Positions 45,636-55,945 of a stretch of DNA of 64,000 nt are shown one piece after another. Position numbers and translations under genes: made by a program. The DNA is taken from positions 1-64,000 of the IMG/VR virus record IMGVR_UViG_3300025280_000024; one strand, given 5' to 3'. The first letter of the stretch is position 1. The number at the start of each line of letters is the position of its first letter. Source of the stretch: a virus. The notes under the pieces are model-generated. The model ran no database searches. It saw only the letters and a program-made list of their open reading frames with translations, and was not told where the DNA came from.

Positions 45636-45968
45636 TTAAATTCCTAAATATCTCAGCATCATTTCTAAAGGTTGAGGAATGAAGATGATGTCTCCCAACA
45701 AAACATGAGATTCGGTTGGTCTTTTATTGTACCAAGCTATTGCCCACCAATATTTCGAATCACCATAGTGTTCATGTGCTAATTTATAAAATCGATCTCC
45801 AATCTTCCAAACATGAGGAATTCTGCTTAACTTGCGAATTTGAGCAGGGTTAATGTGTTTTAGCCTAGGAGTACTGTATTGTTCTATTTTGTTTAAATCT
45901 CTTTTCTCCAAAACCTCTTTGTAGGTTTCAGAAGTATTAGTAAAAACTGATCGTATTGAATATCTCAT
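45636..45968 (-). CDS. baseplate wedge LysM/tail-X-like protein (gp53-like)
   Basis: HVWKIGDRFYKLAHEHYGDSKYWWAIA..N...GDIIFIP. Confidence 0.85.
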   Translation of the reverse strand: MRYSIRSVFTNTSETYKEVLEKRDLNKIEQYSTPRLKHINPAQIRKLSRIPHVWKIGDRFYKLAHEHYGDSKYWWAIAWYNKRPTESHVLLGDIIFIPQPLEMMLRYLGI

Positions 45969-46008
45969 TTAAATTTCTTCCTTGTGTTATCAAGCACAAC
46001 TGGTAGTC

Positions 46009-46887
46009 TTAATCCCCCCCGTATCCCTGCGCCGGCGAGTAGTATCCATCCCCAAGAATTTCTGCGCTTTCAGCAAAGACTTCCTGTTGCACGTTTGGCG
46101 GGAGCTGCAGCAACAGATCCATCGACTGGCTATAAGCCACGTCTGCCGCTCGTTGGGCGGCCGGCGTGCCGTCGTCTGCGCTGACGATATCGACGAGGGG
46201 CAGAAGTTGGCGGTTTATGTAGGTCCCCAGTTGTGCATCCGTCATAGTATTTTTATACGGATAATCACTCTCACTTAACCAAACCCCATGTTGATCCCAT
46301 CCTATATCATGCGTATGCAAAACGGTAAAAGTACAAGACATTTGCATTGCTTTGGGAAATATGCTTGAACTAGTTTCTATAAAACCTTCATCCAATATTG
46401 GAGCGTGTGTAAACCCATCAACGTATCCCAATAACCCACTATCACTGACACTCGATCCCACGCCTCCACCACCTTTTGCATCCCTTATCAAATTCATGAA
46501 CTTCAACTTTAACAATGGAGGACCAGATATATGAGTAGTGCTGGGACGGGCTGGACCACTGGCGCGGGCACCGCCAGTATTATAAGAAGGATAAAGCATT
46601 CGAATCAACTTTGAAATATCCTCCAAATTTTTTGCAGCGCTAGTTGAATCTTCAGCTATGATTTCCCATCCCAAACTAATATTACGAGTTGTTCTTTTAA
46701 AAGTAGATATTGGATCCATTCGACCAAAAGCTTCTTCTGTGTTCCAATCAGAACTAAACTTGTCTTCAAATTGAGTAACGAAAGCACGAAACGCTACACT
46801 GGTTCCACTTACCAAATGAAAAAACTCAATATATTGGCCATTGTTCGATAAACCACTGGGTATTGAACCGTCGTTCCAAAAAGGCAT
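46009..46887 (-). CDS. tail tube initiator / baseplate tube-like protein
   Basis: F.D...SDW.....GRMDP...F..TTR.ISL motif; lies between the tape measure and the LysM wedge gene. Confidence 0.7.
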   Translation of the reverse strand: MPFWNDGSIPSGLSNNGQYIEFFHLVSGTSVAFRAFVTQFEDKFSSDWNTEEAFGRMDPISTFKRTTRNISLGWEIIAEDSTSAAKNLEDISKLIRMLYPSYNTGGARASGPARPSTTHISGPPLLKLKFMNLIRDAKGGGGVGSSVSDSGLLGYVDGFTHAPILDEGFIETSSSIFPKAMQMSCTFTVLHTHDIGWDQHGVWLSESDYPYKNTMTDAQLGTYINRQLLPLVDIVSADDGTPAAQRAADVAYSQSMDLLLQLPPNVQQEVFAESAEILGDGYYSPAQGYGGD

Positions 46888-46902
46888 CTTTATTTTCTCC
46901 TA

Positions 46903-49893
46903 TTATGAGGCATTTAAATTATATCTCTCATTAACTAGATCAACAACCGTTCTTCCCAATTGTCTTCTGTCTAATTCTAGTACTACGGTTGTGCCACCGC
47001 CGCCGGCTGCAGCGCCGGCAGTTGGGGCGGTGGCGCCCTTTAAGACTCTTATCAAATTATCAATAGCTTTGTCCCACATTAACACACTAGCAAAACCTAT
47101 TTTAATAGAAGCAACTTCTTTGATTACATCTGTCATTTTCTTTGCTGATTCTACTGCGGCTGGTGTGGCAATCGTTGCGACCTCTGCCATTTTTTCCATT
47201 GTGTGAGCCAGGGCAAGACTTTTAAATACAGGCACATCGTCTATTGAGCCGGCAATTTCTTCTATTCCTTCTCCGACCATCCACAAATTAACGCCCACGT
47301 TTTTATCCATATCTTTCATTTGACTTGTGAATCTTTCAAATGCAGCAATTTTTTCCAAAGACATATCTTTGAAAGCCGCACCAATAGCATAGAGGCCGGC
47401 AGCGAACACAGCCAAACCAACGCTGACAAAAGGCAGCATCATAATAAAACCAATAGCTGCGAAAGCCAAAGCCAAGGCCACCAACGCTATAGCTAATGCA
47501 AACAATTGTGCCGGTTCAACTGATACCAAGCTATCAAGCATCGCTGCAATGCCCTGGGCGGCTATCCAAACTCCAAGACCCATCAGAGCTACGGCGGCAC
47601 CAACCATAAGAGCGGCAAGACCAAATATTAACATTGGTGGGCCGGCCCCACTAGATGCAGCTGCAAGAGCCCACATACCAGCTGCAAGAATAAAAATACC
47701 AATATAGAGGGGCGGCGAATGCATGGATGCCATGATTGCTGCGCCTATGGCCAACAATATCGAAACTATTAATATGGCTTTACCCAGTGCCATCTTTTGG
47801 GCCATGGCATATAAGAGCCAAGCAGCGGCTAGGGTAGCAATTATTGCGGCGAGTTCTGGGCCCAATTTTTTAAACACCATAAAAACAGCAATTAGAACAC
47901 CAGCAACTAATAAAGTTCTAGCCATGACTATCTGCAAGCGCGCGTGAGCGAATGTTAATTTAGTTGTTGACAACACCAGCTGAATATTTTGTAGGTTCCA
48001 GATCGCCAACGCAAAAGCCTGCAGCTTACTTAAAAATAAAGATATTTTTGCTATCTTGGTGAAAGCATAGAAGACACCAATTAAACCAAACATAGTCGGT
48101 ATAAGCATATTGCCTAAAACACCATTAACTTTTAAAAGACCCTTCATTATTAAATTAAACCCATCGACAATCGGGCCAATCACAATTGCCAGTGATTCGA
48201 ACATGATCTTCAAAGATTCTTGTGCTGAAGCATTGAGCAGAGCCCTTTCTTCCATATCTTCTTGACTCATTGCGCTGGCTTCAGCAGCGGCTTGTTGTTG
48301 ATCATAAGCAGACAAACTTTGGCTAAACAATTGATTTGCTGCTGTCATATCTGTAATGCCGGCAGCACTGGCCACAGCTTGACGCTCAAACCTTCCCATA
48401 GCTTCCCAACTTCTACCAGAAAGTTCTATGGATTGGATCAACATTCGAATTCTTTCATCATCAGAAGCATTCAGAAGATCCACAGAGTTTAACAAATCCC
48501 CACCCAATATGGCATTTAAGCGACCAGCAGCTTCAGCAGCACCTTGGAATGTATCAAACTGACCAGTAATACCAAGCAGTTGACTAATTTCTAAACCAGT
48601 TACTTTGGCGGCCGCGGCGAGACCCTTGAAAACATCAATTGCTTGATTGCCAAACTTGGCCAGTTGTGGCATTGCTTCATTAAACCCAGCCACCAACTCT
48701 TCGATCGGTCGACCCAAAGCTGCAGCCGTGGCAACTAGTTCTCTTTGTGCTGTCATGGCGCCGGCGGTGGTCATATTCAATGATTTTGTTGCAAGGTTCA
48801 TGAACGTGGCCGTTGTTTGCGAAGCAACTCCCAAGCGACCCATGGAAGCTGAAAATCCGGCCAGTTCTGTTTGTGCTTCTTCACTCATGCCGGCAAAGTC
48901 GCGCATGCCGACATACAATTCTTGTGTTGCTTCCACAGCTTCAGCAAAAGAAACTCCCAACCCTGCTGTGTTGGTGCGAACATCTAACATGACATCATCC
49001 ATCGTGCCCATGGCGCCGGTTGTTCGATTAAAAGAAGCAAAAGCAGAATCTGCAGCGAGAACCATGGCTATTGTTGATTCTTTAACTTTTAATAATGTCC
49101 CCTGAAACACATTGGCAGGATGAAACGATTTAGCAAATTGAGAAGCAATATCTCCCAAATAATTTGTAAAGCTGCCGGCTTCTTTAATGTTTTGCTGCAT
49201 CTGACCGATCCAGCCCTCACTGAATTCACTGGCAAGACCGGTTAATTTCGTTATTTTGGATGCTGTCTGTTCTTGAACCCTGTTAAACGCACGCTGGCGC
49301 TTAACTTTTTTTGCGTGAAGTTTTTCTGCGTCTCTTGCATACCCGTCGGCGCCCATGGCGACTATCTGGGCCTGGTTGTCAACGTTTTTAAGTGCATCAA
49401 TTTCGGCCTCTAATTCAGCGCTGGGACCGGCGCCGTCAGGTGCTGATAATTTTTTTTGTAATTTTTCTAATTTCTCCAGCGCTGCTTCTTTTTCTTTAGC
49501 TATAGCTAATGCTTCATCGGCAATTTTTCTCGCGGCAGAAGCTAGTGCTTCCTGTTCAACGACTTCATTAGCAATCGCCCTTGCTCTATCATCTAGGTTG
49601 GCAAGTAGTTTTTCGCCGGCAAGAGCGCGTCGATGTTCTTCATCAGCAATCGCTTTGGTTTTAATTGCTGTCGCCGCTACAAGATCCCCTATATCCTTTT
49701 GAAGACGTACTTCTTTTTCTTTTAGATCGTTTAAACGTTCCAGGGCCTTTTCTTGGGTGCGCGCAGCCGCAGCAGCGCGGGCGTCGGCGGCGGCGGCCTT
49801 CTCGGCGGGGGTCAGGGTCTTCGGCGCGCTTGCAAACGCAGGTATACCCAGAAGTGTCGCGAGAATTATAATTATAAGGACGGCTGCTAGCAT
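46903..49893 (-). CDS. tail tape measure protein
   Basis: 996 aa, Ala-rich helical, with many hydrophobic segments; canonical position. Confidence 0.8.
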   Translation of the reverse strand: MLAAVLIIIILATLLGIPAFASAPKTLTPAEKAAAADARAAAAARTQEKALERLNDLKEKEVRLQKDIGDLVAATAIKTKAIADEEHRRALAGEKLLANLDDRARAIANEVVEQEALASAARKIADEALAIAKEKEAALEKLEKLQKKLSAPDGAGPSAELEAEIDALKNVDNQAQIVAMGADGYARDAEKLHAKKVKRQRAFNRVQEQTASKITKLTGLASEFSEGWIGQMQQNIKEAGSFTNYLGDIASQFAKSFHPANVFQGTLLKVKESTIAMVLAADSAFASFNRTTGAMGTMDDVMLDVRTNTAGLGVSFAEAVEATQELYVGMRDFAGMSEEAQTELAGFSASMGRLGVASQTTATFMNLATKSLNMTTAGAMTAQRELVATAAALGRPIEELVAGFNEAMPQLAKFGNQAIDVFKGLAAAAKVTGLEISQLLGITGQFDTFQGAAEAAGRLNAILGGDLLNSVDLLNASDDERIRMLIQSIELSGRSWEAMGRFERQAVASAAGITDMTAANQLFSQSLSAYDQQQAAAEASAMSQEDMEERALLNASAQESLKIMFESLAIVIGPIVDGFNLIMKGLLKVNGVLGNMLIPTMFGLIGVFYAFTKIAKISLFLSKLQAFALAIWNLQNIQLVLSTTKLTFAHARLQIVMARTLLVAGVLIAVFMVFKKLGPELAAIIATLAAAWLLYAMAQKMALGKAILIVSILLAIGAAIMASMHSPPLYIGIFILAAGMWALAAASSGAGPPMLIFGLAALMVGAAVALMGLGVWIAAQGIAAMLDSLVSVEPAQLFALAIALVALALAFAAIGFIMMLPFVSVGLAVFAAGLYAIGAAFKDMSLEKIAAFERFTSQMKDMDKNVGVNLWMVGEGIEEIAGSIDDVPVFKSLALAHTMEKMAEVATIATPAAVESAKKMTDVIKEVASIKIGFASVLMWDKAIDNLIRVLKGATAPTAGAAAGGGGTTVVLELDRRQLGRTVVDLVNERYNLNAS

Positions 49894-49905
49894 TCTTTAG
49901 ATTCC

Positions 49906-50241
49906 TTATTTAAAAGGCCATTTGATTCCTGTATCTCTTTCAAACTGAGAAGTCGCTTTTGTCAATTCAGACTTGGAACGAAAAGTTCTGGGGTTGTCTA
50001 AACCATATTTCTCAAGAGCTGAGATATAGTTCCTTTCTCCTCCCAAAGCACGCGTAAAAGATCGAACATCAGACGAAGTGCCCTTTACTTGAACTGGAAA
50101 TGAAACATTCCCAAACATTGCTTTGAGAATCCCTTTAATATTTTCTCCAAACATTCTCAACCAACTTTCATCAATGTTATTTTTCTGCGTTAAGTCAATA
50201 ACGATTGGAGCTAACTTATCTTCTTGTATGGTGTTTTCCAC
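49906..50241 (-). CDS. hypothetical late protein (GTG start at 50241)
   Basis: SD GGAGG and late motif at 50273; ends FERDTGIKWPFK. Confidence 0.7.
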   Translation of the reverse strand: MENTIQEDKLAPIVIDLTQKNNIDESWLRMFGENIKGILKAMFGNVSFPVQVKGTSSDVRSFTRALGGERNYISALEKYGLDNPRTFRSKSELTKATSQFERDTGIKWPFK

Positions 50242-50290
50242 AATCTTCCCTCCAGAACATACAGTTCTTTTATAATTAGTCGAATGACAC

Positions 50291-50318
50291 AAAAAAAGGC
50301 CGGGAATACTCCCAGCCT
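50291..50318 (-). terminator. intrinsic terminator
   Basis: AGGCTGGGA-GTAT-TCCCGGCCT followed by a T-run on the - strand. Confidence 0.7.
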
Positions 50319-50348
50319 AATTTTGTGAATCAAGTGATTTACTAGTCT

Positions 50349-50538
50349 TTACTTTTTGTTTGCTTTTTTCATTTGTTCGTTTTCATCTTCGATCTGTTTT
50401 ACCAATCGTTCAGTAAACCATGTTCTCAATCCAATCGGGAGATTGTATGCTTCTGTGAAACTCCAGCCGCCGTGATATTTTAAGAAGAAGAATTGTTCAT
50501 AAACATTCTTCATATAGTCATTGCCTAGGCCAAAAAAA
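50349..50538 (-). CDS. gp51-like baseplate hub assembly/tail chaperone C-terminal ORF (possible frameshift product; own ATG near 50513)
   Basis: EQFFFLKYHGGWSFTEAYNLPIGLRTWF; overlaps the upstream ORF at a T7 run. Confidence 0.7.
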
Positions 50539-51375
50539 CTCCGCTGAAAGCGGGACCTCCATTGCTGCTTCATAGTCGCAGCTGTTACAATAAAATTTCT
50601 GACTCATATCAACGTTTGGAACAACACTTTCGTAAACTGTTCTCAAATATCGAGAATCGCTTGCCGGCATATTGTTTACAAAGTCGTTAATCGCTTGTTT
50701 TTCTGTGTGTCCATTCAACGAAACAATAAAAATTCTAAACTGATCAGTCAAAGAAGAATCTGGTAAATTGTTTTTACGCTTCATTGATGTAGCGTCTGCA
50801 AGAAACTTTTCATCTTGGCCGTTTAACAATCGAACCTCAACGTGAACTTTGGTTTTGGGAAGAGTGATAATAAAATTATTTCCTTCTTCCCTAATTCCCT
50901 CTTCGATGTCTTCAGCGTATTTAACTCCAAGCTCTTCGAGATTAAAACCATATTTAGAATTATTCATACAAGCAGGGCAAGTAACCTGAGTTTCATAATC
51001 CGCTCCATAAGCAGAAATACGCGCTGCAATAATGATTGCGTTTTTATCTCCAATAAGAAGTGTGTCTACATTAACACTATTATCAACAATAATGTTCTGT
51101 AACATTCTGTTGATTGCTAGACCTTTCTTGAGAAGACTCCTAGAAGTAAGAATATCTTCTTCTTTTGCAGTCATGTGTCTAATTTCAATTGTTTCTTGGC
51201 CACACAAAGGGTGGCCCTTGTCGTAATATTTCCCTTTGGAGGGAAGCTCAACAAACTCTGTTGGTACTACATATGAAAAAATGGAAGTTGAAGTGTCCTG
51301 TTGGACTTGCGGGATAGGCGAAGAAACATCTGGGTTTGTTGCCCCCAAACGTTCTTCGTTATTTCGAATCGACAT
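50518..51375 (-). CDS. baseplate hub assembly protein (T4 gp26/gp51-like)
   Basis: VELPSKG.YY, MTAKEEDIL, CPAC and CNSC motifs; ends EFFWPRQ. Confidence 0.8.
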   Translation of the reverse strand: MSIRNNEERLGATNPDVSSPIPQVQQDTSTSIFSYVVPTEFVELPSKGKYYDKGHPLCGQETIEIRHMTAKEEDILTSRSLLKKGLAINRMLQNIIVDNSVNVDTLLIGDKNAIIIAARISAYGADYETQVTCPACMNNSKYGFNLEELGVKYAEDIEEGIREEGNNFIITLPKTKVHVEVRLLNGQDEKFLADATSMKRKNNLPDSSLTDQFRIFIVSLNGHTEKQAINDFVNNMPASDSRYLRTVYESVVPNVDMSQKFYCNSCDYEAAMEVPLSAEFFWPRQ

Positions 51376-51399
51376 TATTCCTCCGTGTCGTGTTGTGGT

Positions 51400-51996
51400 T
51401 TACCCTTCGGTTGAGAATACCGAACGTCCATCTGTAATGCGGCCTGGGCCCGTAGTGGTTTCGCCAACATAAGGCGTAGGATCGAAACCGCCGCGACCAC
51501 CCTTAATTGGCATGGTAACGAAATCATATCTGATTTCTATAGATATATCTAATAGATTATCGCTTTCATAATCAAGCTCACCAAAATCTGCTTTAGAGAG
51601 CCAAGCGTTCACAAATGTAAACTGATCTACTATATCTCCTTCAGCACCAATTTGCGAAATTAAAACATTTCCCAAGGCTGCAGTGGCATTCTTCTTAGAA
51701 ATAGTTTGCCTTGAATTAGCATCGGTAGGAATCATATATCCTGCACCCTGTAAAATCCCCATCATGATAGCAGTAGCATCCGGATCAATAGGATCAACAA
51801 GAGTAATAGAACTCTTCTCATATTCTACCCTACCTGGATAATAGAAAGTGTGATTTAAATATTTATGAGTTGCTTCCGTAATATTATATCCGGGTTTCTT
51901 CACTTTTTTGATGAGCCATTGCGGAACACCACCCATGTTCATAACCCATCGATATTGTCTCTTAGGAGATACTCCTGGTGACGACCAAAATGCCAT
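51400..51996 (-). CDS. tail tube protein (gp19-like)
   Basis: PKRQYRW, YYPGR, ITLVDP, NAW...FGELDY...I.IRYD; follows the sheath gene. Confidence 0.88.
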   Translation of the reverse strand: MAFWSSPGVSPKRQYRWVMNMGGVPQWLIKKVKKPGYNITEATHKYLNHTFYYPGRVEYEKSSITLVDPIDPDATAIMMGILQGAGYMIPTDANSRQTISKKNATAALGNVLISQIGAEGDIVDQFTFVNAWLSKADFGELDYESDNLLDISIEIRYDFVTMPIKGGRGGFDPTPYVGETTTGPGRITDGRSVFSTEG

Positions 51997-52054
51997 GTTT
52001 TCTTTTCCTCCGTATTCTAATTAGTTATTACTTTAAAAAAAACTATTAAACTTA

Positions 52055-54997
52055 TCAATCTTCAAACGATGCACCGGAATTTGTAATCGTGAAATCCAAT
52101 GCGATAAACTCAATTGCTCTAGCTGGTTTCAAGAAAATTTTAGCATACAAGATATTCCGATCAATCAGGTCTGGAGTTGTCGTTGTTTCATCCAACACAA
52201 CCTTGAAGGCAGTTAAACCAAACCTAATTTTGATATCTCTCAAAAATGGTTTAACCATACCCAAGAAACGATTCCAGGTAGCCTGAACGTTTTGGTCAAA
52301 AAGGACCCGGGTAGCCATTCTGGAAATTTCCTTCTTAACATGAATCATCAATCGACGAACGTTGATTCTGTCAAGAGCAGACGGCGTTACCTGCAGTGTC
52401 TTCTGTCCAAAGATTACAATACCTTCTGCCGGAAATGTAGCAATAGGATTAATATTGACTGCATATAGCGTATCTCTATTATCTGCAGTCAATCTGTCAG
52501 CCACATTAACAACCGGAAGTCCCGCAGAACCTTCAGTTAAGCCACCCCGATTAAAACCAGCCGGAGCAAACCACAATTCCGCTTTCTTCTCAGAACTCGC
52601 CATGGTTCCCAAGGCAACAACCGAGGGCGGCACCCAAACATAGTTGCCGGCCTGTGGATCACGTACCTGAACCCAAGGATAATAGCAACAACCATAACTT
52701 GTGTTGAGCGCTCTATTTTCGAGATTAGTAACTACATCGAGTACGGTTCCTTTTCTGTTTTCTGCAGTATTACTATTCTCTGTAAATGGTTTGTAATCAC
52801 CTTTTAAATCAATAATAGCCATGGCATCGCCGCGATCTTCACAAACGTTTATCATGTGTGATGTAAGACCTTCGTGGGTAATACCAGGTGCTAGCATTAA
52901 ATTGTATTCTGCCACTTCCGGATCGGACACTGTATCGATAGCTCTTTTAATAGAGTTGTATGCATAGTTATTGTGTTCAACCGGTGTCAAACCACTCGAT
53001 AAATCCAAAAACCTATTACTAAATGGCTCTTTCTCTCTAATGTCCAACCCATCAAATCCACCGTGTAAACTCATCGTAAATCTATCGACGCCGGTTTTTA
53101 ACAATACGTCGAGTGAAGCAGATGTTGCACCAGTGGGAATACCATCTCCTGTCGCAGTGCCTCTAAAAGAGGTTCCTAGGGCGCGAGAACCAGAAATGTA
53201 GTGCAAAACTCCACCGCCGGCGCTTGTAGGTAAACTAGCACTAACATTATCCAATGTAAACACATAAGAATCTTCAATTCCAGTTCCGCTTCTATCGCCA
53301 CTACTAGGGGCGGCACCGCCTAAAATGCGAGTCATGTCGTAGTAACTTGGATCAAAGGCCGAAGAGCCCGATCTGAAAGTTGCAATACCCCAATAACAAT
53401 TCTTCAAACTTGGCGGGGTGCCCTCTGAAGAATCAACTCTTAACTGCGGAGCGGGAAACACATATTTATCAATAGTTCCAGATCCGGCACAAACTTCATA
53501 ATTCGCGTGTAAGATTGAAGCCGATAAGGGAGCCGACGAGGCCGAAAGAACGAAGGTTGCATCGCTCGTTGGAGACACGTTTGTTTGCGTACTATAAACA
53601 CTAACTTGCGCTTGACCAAATGTACCCGCAGCTGAACCGGTAGATACAACTGCAAATCTCTTAAATCTTGGCGCGCCAAAGAATCCAAACGGTACCCAGG
53701 ATGAATTTCCTGCGCCATTATCTAGATCAACATTCATATCCATGCGAATGTATTTTGAAACACTAGGAAATTTACCATACCATCGGTGTCGACGATCGGT
53801 ATCACTCCAAACAGAATATGTATCACCAATTCTTTTCGAAATATAATCTGTAGAATTTGGATTCAAATTAACGTTTGAATATCTCTCAACTATTGCTGGA
53901 GCATTGTCACTATCATTAGCCATACGAATAACAACTGTAAACGTGCCATAGGGATTGTCTACAGAAGTTGATTTCTTGATATCCATAATTGAAATCTTAA
54001 GATTTTGCTGTTCCCATTCGCCATTCTCAAGAGCAATGAATCTAAAAAGTTTAGACATCGCCTCGGGATTATAGCTGGAAGTATCCTCTGTAGTTAAGTG
54101 TTGATGAATTACCCATCCAGTTCGAGAGGGATTCGCGCTGAATCTTTTGTTCGCAGCATTGACCGTTGATAATTGCAACGCTGCTATCCAAGCGTGCTGC
54201 GAAGAGGCGGCTGTACTAGTGACATACCTTTTTACGGCGCCCTCATAACTTTCGCCAAGCCAATATGTTTCTGCTGTTCCCGCAGTAATATTGCTATTAG
54301 TCTTAGTCGGATTTGTATTCAAGACTTTTCTGATATAGAAAGGAGAAGTATCAGTAAAGTTAATACGATGATTTTTTGCACCAGAAGAATCTGAAACAAC
54401 CAGGATAAACTCTTTATCTGCAACATTTTTAACATATGTTCCAGCTGCGGGAGTAGTGGCAGAACCACTTGCTCTCGTACCAGAAAGAGCAAAAGCGGTG
54501 CCCTGTACAGCATAAAGAATAGCCGCTAGAGTACCAGTTTGAGCGGACGTGCCGCTGTTGGCCATAAACAGGCCGTAAGCGCCACCGTTTGCAGCAACAG
54601 TCGCGGCTGCAGCAGTAGCTACACCGGTGTTCCAGCCGGCTTGTCCATAAAGGGTTGTAGATGTAGTCTTATTTGTATGTTCGTATCCCATAAGACGAAC
54701 AATTGTTGCGGCATTATTGTTTTTCAACCACGCTTGTGCTGCATATGCAGCATATGTTGGTGCAAGATAGTTACCATTTCTCCAAACATCAGTAGAATCT
54801 CCACCAGGAACGGGATTCCCAAAAACTTCAACAAATTCTGAAAACGAATTAACCTTCACGGCTTGCATCGCTGGGCCGCGTTGTGTTCTACCTATAATAA
54901 CCGGCCCAATATCTCCAGGAACTTTTGGTAATTGTGAATTGTCTATCTCATCAATAAAAACTCCAGGTGAGACAAATTTAAACTTTCTTTCTGACAT
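52055..54997 (-). CDS. contractile tail sheath protein (gp18-like)
   Basis: VSPGVFIDEID, WFAPAGFNRG, INPI, GQKTLQ, RINVRRL and PARAIEFI motifs. Confidence 0.96.
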   Translation of the reverse strand: MSERKFKFVSPGVFIDEIDNSQLPKVPGDIGPVIIGRTQRGPAMQAVKVNSFSEFVEVFGNPVPGGDSTDVWRNGNYLAPTYAAYAAQAWLKNNNAATIVRLMGYEHTNKTTSTTLYGQAGWNTGVATAAAATVAANGGAYGLFMANSGTSAQTGTLAAILYAVQGTAFALSGTRASGSATTPAAGTYVKNVADKEFILVVSDSSGAKNHRINFTDTSPFYIRKVLNTNPTKTNSNITAGTAETYWLGESYEGAVKRYVTSTAASSQHAWIAALQLSTVNAANKRFSANPSRTGWVIHQHLTTEDTSSYNPEAMSKLFRFIALENGEWEQQNLKISIMDIKKSTSVDNPYGTFTVVIRMANDSDNAPAIVERYSNVNLNPNSTDYISKRIGDTYSVWSDTDRRHRWYGKFPSVSKYIRMDMNVDLDNGAGNSSWVPFGFFGAPRFKRFAVVSTGSAAGTFGQAQVSVYSTQTNVSPTSDATFVLSASSAPLSASILHANYEVCAGSGTIDKYVFPAPQLRVDSSEGTPPSLKNCYWGIATFRSGSSAFDPSYYDMTRILGGAAPSSGDRSGTGIEDSYVFTLDNVSASLPTSAGGGVLHYISGSRALGTSFRGTATGDGIPTGATSASLDVLLKTGVDRFTMSLHGGFDGLDIREKEPFSNRFLDLSSGLTPVEHNNYAYNSIKRAIDTVSDPEVAEYNLMLAPGITHEGLTSHMINVCEDRGDAMAIIDLKGDYKPFTENSNTAENRKGTVLDVVTNLENRALNTSYGCCYYPWVQVRDPQAGNYVWVPPSVVALGTMASSEKKAELWFAPAGFNRGGLTEGSAGLPVVNVADRLTADNRDTLYAVNINPIATFPAEGIVIFGQKTLQVTPSALDRINVRRLMIHVKKEISRMATRVLFDQNVQATWNRFLGMVKPFLRDIKIRFGLTAFKVVLDETTTTPDLIDRNILYAKIFLKPARAIEFIALDFTITNSGASFED

Positions 54998-55069
54998 TAG
55001 TTATTTCTCCTTGTAACAAAGAACTATTTTCTCTTATAAATAGTGTATTAAACACCCAAAGGGAAAAAA

Positions 55070-55945
55070 TCATTCTTTATAAAAACCTCGTTTATCGATA
55101 TGTTCTGGGATATCTCCAAATACAACTCTTTCACGGGGAAATTTCACTTCTACAGCGTTTTCTCTTATAACAATTTTTGGTTGTTCTGCGTTCTTGTCCT
55201 CGCCATTAATATATCCGAGAACTTTTACATCAATTTTTGATTCATATTTTCTATATTCAGTTTCCATAGAAGCAATGTTATTATCCAAGCCAACATCTCC
55301 TTGAATAAACGCTTCATACATATGATTTTCATTTTTCATAACAAAATAATTTAATCCATCTGTTTTTGTCATAAAAGGTGTAACCAAATCATTCATTTGT
55401 TGCTGATATTCCGTTTTAATAATAATGCTATATGTAATATCCAAATAAACTGGCAGGGGCATTGTTATCGTTTCATAAACAATCTTTTTATTCTCAATGA
55501 GACGCCCAAGAGAATCACGTTTTGGATAAGTTGATTGTTTGTTGCCGGCAACCCCTCCTCTTAACCTTCTGGAATCAGCATTGGCAAAATTTGAGGTTTT
55601 ATCTTGTTTTATTCTTCTCGCAATTGTTATCGAGCCGCCTTTTTCGTCGTTGATCCTTTGTATGTTGCCCCAAACAGAGCCTTTTTTGGCCAGATCTTTC
55701 ACCACACTGGTCCTATCTATTATAATACGTGGAAAAATAAGCGTACCATCTTGATCTCTCAAGGTATTATCTTCTTTTGATTGAATAGCGCGTTCAGCTG
55801 TTGCCCAAATAATCGGAACCTTCTTCCAGCCTTTATTTGTTGTAGTGTGAATATCTAATTCTTCATTCAACCAATTATGTACAGCATAATCAATCGTCTC
55901 AAGTGTTGAAGGCATGAATGGTATTTCTCTTAGTTTAGCTACCAT
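55070..55945 (-). CDS. putative tail terminator / sheath stabiliser (gp15-like)
   Basis: Between the neck and sheath genes; KVPIIW...ER and P.PVYLDITY motifs. Start reassigned to MVAK. Confidence 0.65.
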   Translation of the reverse strand: MVAKLREIPFMPSTLETIDYAVHNWLNEELDIHTTTNKGWKKVPIIWATAERAIQSKEDNTLRDQDGTLIFPRIIIDRTSVVKDLAKKGSVWGNIQRINDEKGGSITIARRIKQDKTSNFANADSRRLRGGVAGNKQSTYPKRDSLGRLIENKKIVYETITMPLPVYLDITYSIIIKTEYQQQMNDLVTPFMTKTDGLNYFVMKNENHMYEAFIQGDVGLDNNIASMETEYRKYESKIDVKVLGYINGEDKNAEQPKIVIRENAVEVKFPRERVVFGDIPEHIDKRGFYKE

